This document shows, in pieces, positions 8,649 to 21,599 of a DNA stretch of 64,000 bases; the stretch's first letter is position 1, and each line of letters begins with the position of its first letter. The stretch covers positions 15,250 to 79,249 of the forward strand of contig NW_027437467.1 in the NCBI RefSeq assembly GCF_964204645.1, given 5' to 3'. The stretch is from Tubulanus polymorphus. Lineage: Eukaryota > Animalia > Nemertea. The position numbers and the translations under genes are program-made. The notes below the pieces were generated by a model. That model had not been told where the DNA came from. It ran no database searches and saw only the letters and a list, made by a program, of their open reading frames with translations.

Positions 8649-8890
8649 TGTCGAGAACAGGATGTTTATGTAAAAATGTCAGTAACCATATAGTGTTCAC
8701 TCCCCCTTAGCCTATGTAGCGAATCATCATATATATTAGCATGCGCATGTGCAGTCGGGACAGGTGGTTAGCCTGTGTGTGACCGAAATAAACGAGTATC
8801 TTATGATCTGTAGACTGAACCCGTCGTGTTTTTAGTCTTTCTCTTCCTTTATCTCCGAACCTGGTCTTCTTTGTGACTCGCAACGCCACA
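8649..8890 (+). repeat. 3' LTR (242 bp)
   Basis: Identical to 2875-3116; preceded by GGAGAAA and followed by the TSD. Confidence 0.97.
8787..8792 (+). terminator. Polyadenylation signal AATAAA in the 3' LTR (copy at 3013-3018 in the 5' LTR)
   Basis: Single canonical AATAAA followed downstream by a GT/T-rich tract (CGTGTTTTTAGTCTTTCTC). Confidence 0.65.
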
Positions 8891-8895
8891 CGCCG
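8891..8895 (+). other. Right target-site duplication CGCCG
   Basis: ACA[CGCCG]AACGACG; removing the element plus one copy restores a normal monomer. Confidence 0.95.
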
Positions 8896-10844
8896 AACGA
8901 CGTTTTCGCGTCGAAAAGTGCTTTTCCTGACGATTTGAGCGCTTTTACGCATCGGCATTGTCGTTTTTCCGATAGGGGGAATATTTGATAAGAAAACGTA
9001 TTTTCTCGCGCTGAACTACGTTTTCGCGTCGAAAAGTGCTTTTCCTGACGATTTGAGCGCTTTTACGCATCGACATTGTCGTTTTACCGATAGTGAGAAT
9101 ATTCGATACGAAAACGTCTTTTCTCGCGCCGAACGACGTTTTCGCGTCGAAAAGTGCTTTTCCTGACGATTTGAGCGCTTTTACGCATCGACATTGTCGT
9201 TTTACCGATAGTGAGAATATTCGATACGAAAACGTCTTTTCTCGCGCCGAACGACGTTTTCGCGTCGAAAAGTGCTTTTCCTGACGATTTGAGCGCTTTT
9301 ACGCATCGACATTGTCGTTTTACCGATAGTGAGAATATTCGATACGAAAACGTCTTTTCTCGCGCCGAACGACGTTTTCGCGTCGAAAAGTGCTTTTCCT
9401 GACGATTTGAGCGCTTTTACGCATCGACATTGTCGTTTTACCGATAGTGAGAATATTCGATACGAAAACGTCTTTTCTCGCGCTGAACGACGTTTTCGCG
9501 TCAAAAAGTGCTTTTCCTGACGATTTGAGCGCTTTTACGCATCGGCATTGTCGTTTTTCCGATAGGGGGAATATTCGAAAAGAAAACGTCTTTTCTCGCG
9601 CTGAGCGACGTTTTCGCGTCGAAAAGTGCTTTTCCTGACGATTTGAGCGCTTTTACGCATCGGCATTGTCGTTTTTCCGATAGGGGGAATATTCGAAAAG
9701 AAAACGTCTTTTCTCGCGCTGAGCGACGTTTTCGCGTCGAAAAGTGCTTTTCCTGACGATTTGAGCGCTTTTACGCATCGGCATTGTCGTTTTTCCGATA
9801 GGGGGAATATTCGAAAAGAAAACGTCTTTTCTCGCGCTGAACTACGTTTTCGCGTCGAAAAGTGCTTTTCCTGACGATTTGAGCGCTTTTACGCTTCGAC
9901 ATTGTCGTTTTACCGATAGTGAGAATATTCGATACGAAAACGTCTTTTCTCGCGCTGAACGACGTTTTCGCGTCGAAAAGTGCTTTTCCTGATGATTTGA
10001 GCGCTTTTACGCATCGACATTGTTGTTTTTTCCGATAGGGGGAATATTCGAAAAGAAAACGTCTTTTCTCGCGCTGAACGACGTTTTCGCGTCGAAAAGT
10101 GCTTTTCCTGACGATTTGAGCCCTTTTACGCATCGGCATTGTCGTTTTTACGATAGGGCGAATATTCGATACGAAAACGTCTTTTCTCGCGCTGAGCGAC
10201 GTTTTCGCGTCGAAAAGTGCTTTTCCTGACGATTTGAGCGCTTTTACGCATCGACATTGTCGTTTTTCCGATAGGGGGAATATTCGATAAGAAAACGTCT
10301 TTTCTCGCGCTGAACTACGTTTTCGAGTCGAAAAGTGCTTTTCCTGACGATTTCAGCGCTTTTACACATCGACATTGTCGTTTTACCGATAGGGAGAATA
10401 TTCGACACGAAAACGTCTTTTCTCGCGCTGAACGACGTTTTCGCGTCGAAAAGTGCTTTTCCTGACGATTTGAGCGCTTTTACGCATCGACATTGTCGTT
10501 TTTCCGATAGGGGGAATATTCGATACGAAAACGTCTTTTCTCGCGCTGAGCGACGTTTTCGCGTCGAAAAGTGCTTTTCCTTATGATTTGAGCGCTTTTA
10601 CGCATCGACATTGTTGTTTTTTTTCCGATAGGGGGAATATTCGATACGAAAAGGTCTTTTCTCGCGCTGAACGACGTTTTCGCGTCGAAAAGTGCTTTTC
10701 CTGACGATTTGAGCGCTTTTACGCATCGACATTGTCGTTTTTCCGATAGGGGGAATATTCGAAAAGAAAACGTCTTTTCTCGCGCTGAGCGACGTTTTCG
10801 CGTCGAAAAGTGCTTTTCCTGACGATTTGAGCGCTTTTACGCAT

Positions 10845-13800
10845 CGACATTGTCGTTTTTCCGATAGGGGGAATATTCGATAAGAAAACGTCTTTTCTCG
10901 CGCTGAACTACGTTTTCGCGTCGAAAAGTGCTTTTCCTGACGATTTGAGCGCTTTTACGCATCGACATTGTCGTTTTACCGATAGGGAGAATATTCGACA
11001 CGAAAACGTCTTTTCTCGCGCTGAACGACGTTTTCGCGTCGAAAAGTGCTTTTCCTGACGATTTGAGCGCTTTTACGCATCGACATTGTCGTTTTTCCGA
11101 TAGGGGGAATATTCGATAAGAAAACGACTTTTCTCGCGCTGAACTACGTTTTCGCGTCGAAAAGTGCTTTTCCTGACGATTTGAGCGCTTTTACGCATCG
11201 ACATTGTCGTTTTACCGATAGGGAGAATATTCGACACGAAAACGTCTTTTCTCGCGCTGAACGACGTTTTCGCGTCGAAAAGTGCTTTTCCTGACGATTT
11301 GAGCGCTTTTACGCATCGACATTGTCGTTTTTCCGATAGGGGGAATATTCGATACGAAAACGTCTTTTCTCGCGCTGAGCGACGTTTTCGCGTCGAAAAG
11401 TGCTTTTCCTTATGATTTGAGCGCTTTTACGCATCGACATTGTTGTTTTTTTTCCGATAGGGGGAATATTCGATACGAAAAGGTCTTTTCTCGCGCTGAA
11501 CGACGTTTTCGCGTCGAAAAGTGCTTTTCCTGACGATTTGAGCGCTTTTACGCATCGACATTGTCGTTTTTCCGATAGGGGGAATATTCGATAAGAAAAC
11601 GTCTTTTCTCGCGCTGAACTACGTTTTCGCGTCGAAAAGTGCTTTTCCTGACGATTTGAGCGCTTTTACGCATCGACATTGTCGTTTTTCCGATAGGGGG
11701 AATATTCGAAAAGAAAACGTCTTTTCTCGCGCAGAGCGACGTTTTCGCGTCGAAAAGTGCTTTTCCTGACGATTTGAGCGCTTTTACGCATCGGCATTGT
11801 CGTTTTTCCGATAGGGGGAATATTCGAAAAGAAAACATCTTTTCTCGCGCCGAGCGACGTTTTCGCGTCGAAAAGTGCTTTTCCTGACGATTTGAGCGCT
11901 TTTACGCATCGACATTGTCGTTTTACCGATAGGGAGAATATTCGACACGAAAACGTCTTTTCTCGCGCTGAACGACGTTTTCGCGTCGAAAAGTGCTTTT
12001 CCTGACGATTTGAGCGCTTTTACGCATCGACATTGTCGTTTTACCGATAGTGAGAATATTCGATACGAAAAGGTCTTTTCTCGCGCTGAATGACGTTTTC
12101 GCGTCGAAAAGTGCTTTTCCAGACGATTTGAGCGCTTTTACGCATCGACATTGTCGTTTTACCGATAGTGAGAATATTCGATACGAAAACGTCTTTTCTC
12201 GCGCTGAACGACGTTTTCGCGTCGAAAAGTGCTTTTCCTGACGATTTGAGCGCTTTTACGCATCGACATTGTCGTTTTTCCGATAGGGGGAATATTCGAT
12301 AAGAAAACGTCTTTTCTCGCGCTGAACTACGTTTTCGCGTCGAAAAGTGCTTTTCCTGACGATTTGAGCGCTTTTACGCATCGACATTGTCGTTTTTCCG
12401 ATAGGGAGAATATTCGACACGAAAACGTCTTTTCTCGCGCCGAACGACGTTTTCGCGTCGAAAAGTGCTTTTCCTGACGATTTGAGCGCTTTTACGCATC
12501 GACATTGTCGTTTTACCGATAGAGGGAATATTCGATACGAAAACGACTTTTCTCGCGCTGAACGACGTTTTCGGGTCGAAAAGTGCTTTTCCTGACGATT
12601 TGAGCGCTTTTACGCATCGACATTGTCGTTTTTCCGATAGGGGGAATATTCGATACGAAAACGTCTTTTCTCGCGCTGAGCGACGTTTTCGCGTCGAAAA
12701 GTGCTTTTCCTGACGATTTGAGCGCTTTTACGCATCGGCATTGTCGTTTTTACGATAGGGCGAATATTCGATACGAAAACGTCTTTTCTCGCGCTGAGCG
12801 ACGTTTTCGCGTCGAAAAGTGCTTTTCCTGACGATTTGAGCGCTTTTACGCATCGACATTGTCGTTTTTCCGATAGGGGGAATATTCGATAAGAAAAGGT
12901 CTTTTCTCGCGCTGAACGACGTTTTCGCGTCGAAAAGTGCTTTTCCTGACGATTTGAGCGCTTTTACGCATCGACATTGTCGTTTTTCCGATAGGGGGAA
13001 TATTCGAAAAGAAAACGACTTTTCTCGCGCTGAGCGACGTTTTCGCGTCGAAAAGTGCTTTTCCTGACGATTTGAGCGCTTTTACGCATCGGCATTGTCG
13101 TTTTTCCGATAGGGGGAATATTCGAAAAGAAAACGTCTTTTCTCGCGCTGAGCGACGTTTTCGCGTCGAAAAGTGCTTTTACTGACGATTTGAGCGCTTT
13201 TACGCATCGACATTGTCGTTTTACCGATAGGGAGAATATTCGACACGAAAACGTCTTTTCTCGCGCTGAACGACGTTTTCGCGTCGAAAAGTGCTTTTCC
13301 TGACGATTTGAGCGCTTTTACGCATCGGCATTGTCGTTTTTCCGATACGGGGAATATTCGAAAAGAAAACGTCTTTTCTCGCGCAGAGCGACGTTTTCGC
13401 GTCGAAAAGTGCTTTTCCTGACGATTTGAGCGCTTTTACGCATCGACATTGTCGTTTTACCGATAGGGAGAATATTCGATACGAAAACGTCTTTTCTCGC
13501 GCTGAACGACGTTTTCGCGTCGAAAAGTGCTTTTCCTGACGATTTGAGCGCTTTTACGCATCGGCATTGTCGTTTTTCCGATAGGGAGAATATTCGACAC
13601 GAAAACGTCTTTTCTCGCGCTGAACGACGTTTTCGCGTCGAAAAGTGCTTTTCCTGACGATTTGAGCGCTTTTACGCATCGACATTGTCGTTTTACCGAT
13701 AGGGAGAATATTCGATACGAAAACGTCTTTTCTCGCGCTGAACGACGTTTTCGCGTCGAAAAGTGCTTTTCCTGACGATTTGAGCGCTTTTATGCATCGA

Positions 13801-16745
13801 CATTGTCGTTTTTCCGATAGGGGGAATATTCGATAAGAAAACGTCTTTTCTCGCGCTGAACTACGTTTTCGCGTCGAAAAGTGCTTTTCCTGACGATTTG
13901 AGCGCTTTTACGCATCGACATTGTCGTTTTACCGATAGGGAGAATATTCGACACGAAAACGTCTTTTCTCGCGCTGAACGACGTTTTCGCGTCGAAAAGT
14001 GCTTTTCCTGACGATTTGAGCGCTTTTACGCATCGACATTGTCGTTTTTCCGATAGGGGGAATATTCGATAAGAAAACGACTTTTCTCGCGCTGAACTAC
14101 GTTTTCGCGTCGAAAAGTGCTTTTCCTGACGATTTGAGCGCTTTTACGCATCGACATTGTCGTTTTACCGATAGGGAGAATATTCGACACGAAAACGTCT
14201 TTTCTCGCGCTGAACGACGTTTTCGCGTCGAAAAGTGCTTTTCCTGACGATTTGAGCGCTTTTACGCATCGACATTGTCGTTTTTCCGATAGGGGGAATA
14301 TTCGATACGAAAACGTCTTTTCTCGCGCTGAGCGACGTTTTCGCGTCGAAAAGTGCTTTTCCTTATGATTTGAGCGCTTTTACGCATCGACATTGTTGTT
14401 TTTTTTCCGATAGGGGGAATATTCGATACGAAAAGGTCTTTTCTCGCGCTGAACGACGTTTTCGCGTCGAAAAGTGCTTTTCCTGACGATTTGAGCGCTT
14501 TTACGCATCGACATTGTCGTTTTTCCGATAGGGGGAATATTCGATAAGAAAACGTCTTTTCTCGCGCTGAACTACGTTTTCGCGTCGAAAAGTGCTTTTC
14601 CTGACGATTTGAGCGCTTTTACGCATCGACATTGTCGTTTTTCCGATAGGGGGAATATTCGAAAAGAAAACGTCTTTTCTCGCGCAGAGCGACGTTTTCG
14701 CGTCGAAAAGTGCTTTTCCTGACGATTTGAGCGCTTTTACGCATCGGCATTGTCGTTTTTCCGATAGGGGGAATATTCGAAAAGAAAACATCTTTTCTCG
14801 CGCCGAGCGACGTTTTCGCGTCGAAAAGTGCTTTTCCTGACGATTTGAGCGCTTTTACGCATCGACATTGTCGTTTTACCGATAGGGAGAATATTCGACA
14901 CGAAAACGTCTTTTCTCGCGCTGAACGACGTTTTCGCGTCGAAAAGTGCTTTTCCTGACGATTTGAGCGCTTTTACGCATCGACATTGTCGTTTTACCGA
15001 TAGTGAGAATATTCGATACGAAAAGGTCTTTTCTCGCGCTGAATGACGTTTTCGCGTCGAAAAGTGCTTTTCCAGACGATTTGAGCGCTTTTACGCATCG
15101 ACATTGTCGTTTTACCGATAGTGAGAATATTCGATACGAAAACGTCTTTTCTCGCGCTGAACGACGTTTTCGCGTCGAAAAGTGCTTTTCCTGACGATTT
15201 GAGCGCTTTTACGCATCGACATTGTCGTTTTTCCGATAGGGGGAATATTCGATAAGAAAACGTCTTTTCTCGCGCTGAACTACGTTTTCGCGTCGAAAAG
15301 TGCTTTTCCTGACGATTTGAGCGCTTTTACGCATCGACATTGTCGTTTTTCCGATAGGGAGAATATTCGACACGAAAACGTCTTTTCTCGCGCCGAACGA
15401 CGTTTTCGCGTCGAAAAGTGCTTTTCCTGACGATTTGAGCGCTTTTACGCATCGACATTGTCGTTTTACCGATAGAGGGAATATTCGATACGAAAACGAC
15501 TTTTCTCGCGCTGAACGACGTTTTCGGGTCGAAAAGTGCTTTTCCTGACGATTTGAGCGCTTTTACGCATCGACATTGTCGTTTTTCCGATAGGGGGAAT
15601 ATTCGATACGAAAACGTCTTTTCTCGCGCTGAGCGACGTTTTCGCGTCGAAAAGTGCTTTTCCTGACGATTTGAGCGCTTTTACGCATCGGCATTGTCGT
15701 TTTTACGATAGGGCGAATATTCGATACGAAAACGTCTTTTCTCGCGCTGAGCGACGTTTTCGCGTCGAAAAGTGCTTTTCCTGACGATTTGAGCGCTTTT
15801 ACGCATCGACATTGTCGTTTTTCCGATAGGGGGAATATTCGATAAGAAAAGGTCTTTTCTCGCGCTGAACGACGTTTTCGCGTCGAAAAGTGCTTTTCCT
15901 GACGATTTGAGCGCTTTTACGCATCGACATTGTCGTTTTTCCGATAGGGGGAATATTCGAAAAGAAAACGACTTTTCTCGCGCTGAGCGACGTTTTCGCG
16001 TCGAAAAGTGCTTTTCCTGACGATTTGAGCGCTTTTACGCATCGGCATTGTCGTTTTTCCGATAGGGGGAATATTCGAAAAGAAAACGTCTTTTCTCGCG
16101 CTGAGCGACGTTTTCGCGTCGAAAAGTGCTTTTACTGACGATTTGAGCGCTTTTACGCATCGACATTGTCGTTTTACCGATAGGGAGAATATTCGACACG
16201 AAAACGTCTTTTCTCGCGCTGAACGACGTTTTCGCGTCGAAAAGTGCTTTTCCTGACGATTTGAGCGCTTTTACGCATCGGCATTGTCGTTTTTCCGATA
16301 CGGGGAATATTCGAAAAGAAAACGTCTTTTCTCGCGCAGAGCGACGTTTTCGCGTCGAAAAGTGCTTTTCCTGACGATTTGAGCGCTTTTACGCATCGAC
16401 ATTGTCGTTTTACCGATAGGGAGAATATTCGATACGAAAACGTCTTTTCTCGCGCTGAACGACGTTTTCGCGTCGAAAAGTGCTTTTCCTGACGATTTGA
16501 GCGCTTTTACGCATCGGCATTGTCGTTTTTCCGATAGGGAGAATATTCGACACGAAAACGTCTTTTCTCGCGCTGAACGACGTTTTCGCGTCGAAAAGTG
16601 CTTTTCCTGACGATTTGAGCGCTTTTACGCATCGACATTGTCGTTTTACCGATAGGGAGAATATTCGATACGAAAACGTCTTTTCTCGCGCTGAACGACG
16701 TTTTCGCGTCGAAAAGTGCTTTTCCTGACGATTTGAGCGCTTTTA
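10845..16745 (+). repeat. Higher-order repeat: two tandem copies of a 25-monomer unit (2953 bp)
   Basis: Rare variants recur at offset 2953 (AAAACATC, GAATGACG, TCCAGACG, GATACGGG; ORF pairs 11548/14501 and 12050/15003). Confidence 0.9.
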
Positions 16746-17209
16746 CGCATCGACATTGTCGTTTTACCGATAGGGAGAATATTCGACACGAAAACGTCTT
16801 TTCTCGCGCTGAACGACGTTTTCGCGTCGAAAAGTGCTTTTCCTGACGATTTGAGCGCTTTTACGCATCGGCATTGTCGTTTTACCGATAGGGAGAATAT
16901 TCGACACGAAAACGTCTTTTCTCGCGCTGAACGACGTTTTCGCGTCGAAAAGTGCTTTTCCTGACGATTTGAGCGCTTTAACGCATCGGCATTGTCGTTT
17001 TTCCGATAGGGAGAATATTCGACACGAAAACGTCTTTTCTCGCGCTGAACGACGTTTTCGCGTCGAAAAGTGCTTTTCCTGACGATTTGAGCGCTTTTAC
17101 GCATCGACATTGTCGTTTTACCGATAGGGAGAATATTCGACACGAAAACGTCTTTTCTCGCGCTGAACGACGTTTTCGCGTCGAAAAGTGCTTTTCCTGA
17201 CGATTTGAG

Positions 17210-20200
17210 CGCTTTTACGCATCGGCATTGTCGTTTTACCGATAGGGAGAATATTCGACACGAAAACGTCTTTTCTCGCTCTGAACGACGTTTTCGCGTC
17301 GAAAAGTGCTTTTCCTGACGATTTGAGCGCTTTTACGCATCGGCATTGTCGTTTTTCCGATAGGGGGAATATTCGATACGAAAACGTCTTTTCTCGCGCG
17401 GAAAAGACGTTTTCGTGTCGAAAAGTGCTTTTCCTGACGATTTGAGCGCTTTTACGCATCGACATTGTCGTTTTTCCGATAGGGGGAATATTCGAAAAGA
17501 AAACGTCTTTTCTCGCGCCGAACGACGTTTTCGCGTCGAAAAGTGCTTTTCCTGACGATTTGAGCGCTTTTACGCATCGGCATTGTCGTTTTTCCGATAG
17601 GGGAATATTCGAAAAGAAAACGTCTTTTCTCGCGCTGAGCGACGTTTTCGCGTCGAAAAGTGCTTTTCCTGACGATTTGAGCGCTTTTACGCATCGGCAT
17701 TGTCGTTTTTCCGATAGGGGGAATATTCGAAAAGAAAACGTCTTTTCTCGCGCAGAGCGACGTTTTCGCGTCGAAAAGTGCTTTTCCTGACGATTTGAGC
17801 GCTTTTACGCATCGGCATTGTCGTTTTTCCGATAGGGGGAATATTCGAAAAGAAAACGTCTTTTCTCGCGCAGAGCGACGTTTTCGCGTCGAAAAGTGCT
17901 TTTCCTGACGATTTGAGCGCTTTTACGCATCGGCATTGTCGTTTTTCCGATAGGGGGAATATTCGAAAAGAAAACGTCTTTTCTCGCGCAGAGCGACGTT
18001 TTCGCGTCGAAAAGTGCTTTTCCTGACGATTTGAGCGCTTTTACGCATCGGCATTGTCGTTTTTCCGATAGGGGGAATATTCGAAAAGAAAACGTCTTTT
18101 CTCGCGCCGAGCGACGTTTTCGCGTCGAAAAGTGCTTTTCCTGACGATTTGAGCGCTTTTACGCATCGACATTGTCGTTTTACCGATAGGGAGAATATTC
18201 GACACGAAAACGTCTTTTCTTGCGCTGAACGACGTTTTCGCGTCGAAAAGTGCTTTTCCTGACGATTTGAGCGCTTTTACGCATCGACATTGTCGTTTTA
18301 CCGATAGTGAGAATATTCGATACGAAAACGACTTTTCTCGCGCTGAACGACGTTTTCGGGTCGAAAAGTGCTTTTCCTGACGATTTGAGCGCTTTTACGC
18401 ATCGGCATTGTCGTTTTTCCGATAGGGGGAATATTCGATACGAAAACGTCTTTTCTCGCGCCGAACGACGTTTTCGCGTCGAAAAGTGCTTTTCCTGACG
18501 ATTTGAGCGCTTTTACGTATCGGCATTGTCGTTTTTCCGATAGGGGGAATATTCGATACGAAAACGTCTTTTCTCGCGCTGAACGACGTTTTCGGGTCGA
18601 AAAGTGCTTTTCCTGACGATTTGAGCGCTTTTACGCATCGGCATTGTCGTTTTTCCGATAGGGGGAATATTTGATAAGAAAACGTCTTTTCTCGCGCTGA
18701 ACTACGTTTTCGCGTCGAAAAGTGCTTTTCCTGACGATTTGAGCGCTTTTACGCATCGGCATTGTCGTTTTTCCGATAGGGGGAATATTCGATACGAAAA
18801 CGTCTTTTCTCGCGCCGAACGACGTTTTCGCGTCGAAAAGTGCTTTTCCTGACGATTTGAGCGCTTTTACGCATCGACATTGTCGTTTTTCCGATAGGGG
18901 GAATATTCGATACGAAAACGTCTTTTCTCGCGCCGAACGACGTTTTCGCGTCGAAAAGTGCTTTTCCTGACGATTTGAGCGCTTTTACGCATCGGCATTG
19001 TCGTTTTTCCGATAGGGGGAATATTCGATACGAAAACGTCTTTTCTCGCGCCGAACGACGTTTTCGCGTCGAAAAGTGCTTTTCCTGACGATTTGAGCGC
19101 TTTTACGCATCGACATTGTCGTTTTTCCGATAGGGGGAATATTCGATACGAAAACGTCTTTTCTCGCGCCGAACGACGTTTTCGCGTCGAAAAGTGCTTT
19201 TCCTGACGATTTGAGCGCTTTTACGCATCGACATTGTCGTTTTTCCGATAGGGGGAATATTCGATACGAAAACGTCTTTTCTCGCGCCGAACGACGTTTT
19301 CGCGTCGAAAAGTGCTTTTCCTGACGATTTGAGCGCTTTTACGCATCGGCATTGTCGTTTTACCGATAGGGAGAATATTCGACACGAAAACGTCTTTTCT
19401 CGCTCTGAACGACGTTTTCGCGTCGAAAAGTGCTTTTCCTGACGATTTGAGCGCTTTTACGCATCGGCATTGTCGTTTTTCCGATAGGGGGAATATTCGA
19501 TACGAAAACGTCTTTTCTCGCGCTGAACGACGTTTTCGCGTCGAAAAGTGCTTTTCCTGACGATTTGAGCGCTTTTACGCATCGACATTGTCGTTTTTCC
19601 GATAGGGGGAATATTCGAAAAGAAAACGTCTTTTCTCGCGCCGAACGACGTTTTCGCGTCGAAAAGTGCTTTTCCTGACGATTTGAGCGCTTTTACGCAT
19701 CGGCATTGTCGTTTTTCCGATAGGGGGAATATTCGAAAAGAAAACGTCTTTTCTCGCGCTGAGCGACGTTTTCGCGTCGAAAAGTGCTTTTCCTGACGAT
19801 TTGAGCGCTTTTACGCATCGGCATTGTCGTTTTTCCGATAGGGGGAATATTCGAAAAGAAAACGTCTTTTCTCGCGCAGAGCGACGTTTTCGCGTCGAAA
19901 AGTGCTTTTCCTGACGATTTGAGCGCTTTTACGCATCGGCATTGTCGTTTTTCCGATAGGGGGAATATTCGAAAAGAAAACGTCTTTTCTCGCGCAGAGC
20001 GACGTTTTCGCGTCGAAAAGTGCTTTTCCTGACGATTTGAGCGCTTTTACGCATCGGCATTGTCGTTTTTCCGATAGGGGAATATTCGAAAAGAAAACGT
20101 CTTTTCTCGCGCAGAGCGACGTTTTCGCGTCGAAAAGTGCTTTTCCTGACGATTTGAGCGCTTTTACGCATCGGCATTGTCGTTTTTCCGATAGGGGGAA

Positions 20201-21350
20201 TATTCGAAAAGAAAACGTCTTTTCTCTCGCGCCGAGCGACGTTTTCGCGTCGAAAAGTGCTTTTCCTGACGATTTGAGCGCTTTTACGCATCGACATTGT
20301 CGTTTTACCGATAGGGAGAATATTCGACACGAAAACGTCTTTTCTTGCGCTGAACGACGTTTTCGCGTCGAAAAGTGCTTTTCCTGACGATTTGAGCGCT
20401 TTTACGCATCGACATTGTCGTTTTACCGATAGTGAGAATATTCGATACGAAAACGACTTTTCTCGCGCTGAACGACGTTTTCGGGTCGAAAAGTGCTTTT
20501 CCTGACGATTTGAGCGCTTTTACGCATCGGCATTGTCGTTTTTCCGATAGGGGGAATATTCGATACGAAAACGTCTTTTCTCGCGCCGAACGACGTTTTC
20601 GCGTCGAAAAGTGCTTTTCCTGACGATTTGAGCGCTTTTACGCATCGGCATTGTCGTTTTTCCGATAGGGGGAATATTCGATACGAAAACGTCTTTTCTC
20701 GCGCTGAACGACGTTTTCGGGTCGAAAAGTGCTTTTCCTGACGATTTGAGCGCTTTTACGCATCGGCATTGTCGTTTTTCCGATAGGGGGAATATTTGAT
20801 AAGAAAACGTCTTTTCTCGCGCTGAACTACGTTTTCGCGTCGAAAAGTGCTTTTCCTGACGATTTGAGCGCTTTTACGCATCGGCATTGTCGTTTTTCCG
20901 ATAGGGGGAATATTCGATACGAAAACGTCTTTTCTCGCGCCGAACGACGTTTTCGCGTCGAAAAGTGCTTTTCCTGACGATTTGAGCGCTTTTACGCATC
21001 GACATTGTCGTTTTTCCGATAGGGGGAATATTCGATACGAAAACGTCTTTTCTCGCGCCGAACGACGTTTTCGCGTCGAAAAGTGCTTTTCCTGACGATT
21101 TGAGCGCTTTTACGCATCGGCATTGTCGTTTTTCCGATAGGGGGAATATTCGATACGAAAACGTCTTTTCTCGCGCCGAACGACGTTTTCGCGTCGAAAA
21201 GTGCTTTTCCTGACGATTTGAGCGCTTTTACGCATCGACATTGTCGTTTTTCCGATAGGGGGAATATTCGATACGAAAACGTCTTTTCTCGCGCCGAACG
21301 ACGTTTTCGCGTCGAAAAGTGCTTTTCCTGACGATTTGAGCGCTTTTACG
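17210..21350 (+). repeat. Higher-order repeat: ~two copies of an 18-monomer unit (~2125 bp)
   Basis: CGCTCTGAAC at ~17277/19401, TCTTGCGC at ~18218/20343, ORF pair 18307/20432. Confidence 0.8.
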
Positions 21351-21599
21351 CATCGGCATTGTCGTTTTTCCGATAGGGGGAATATTCGATACGAAAACGT
21401 CTTTTCTCGCGCCGAACGACGTTTTCGCGTCGAAAAGTGCTTTTCCTGACGATTTGAGCGCTTTTACGCATCGGCATTGTCGTTTTTCCGATAGGGGGAA
21501 TATTCGATACGAAAACGTCTTTTCTCGCGCCGAACGACGTTTTCGCGTCGAAAAGTGCTTTTCCTGACGATTTGAGCGCTTTTACGCATCGACATTGTC

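Larger units (their letters stand above)
2875..8890 (+). mobile_element. Full-length BEL/Pao (Belpaoviridae) LTR retrotransposon, 6016 bp
   Basis: Two identical 242-bp TG...CA LTRs, 5-bp TSD CGCCG, PBS, short purine tract, and a single polyprotein in the order Gag-PR-RT-RH-IN with BEL/Pao-diagnostic motifs (three Cys/His knuckles, KTRVAP/TIPRLEL, NPADILSRG, PWHGGFWERLV, RPINKLFPLE). Confidence 0.97.
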
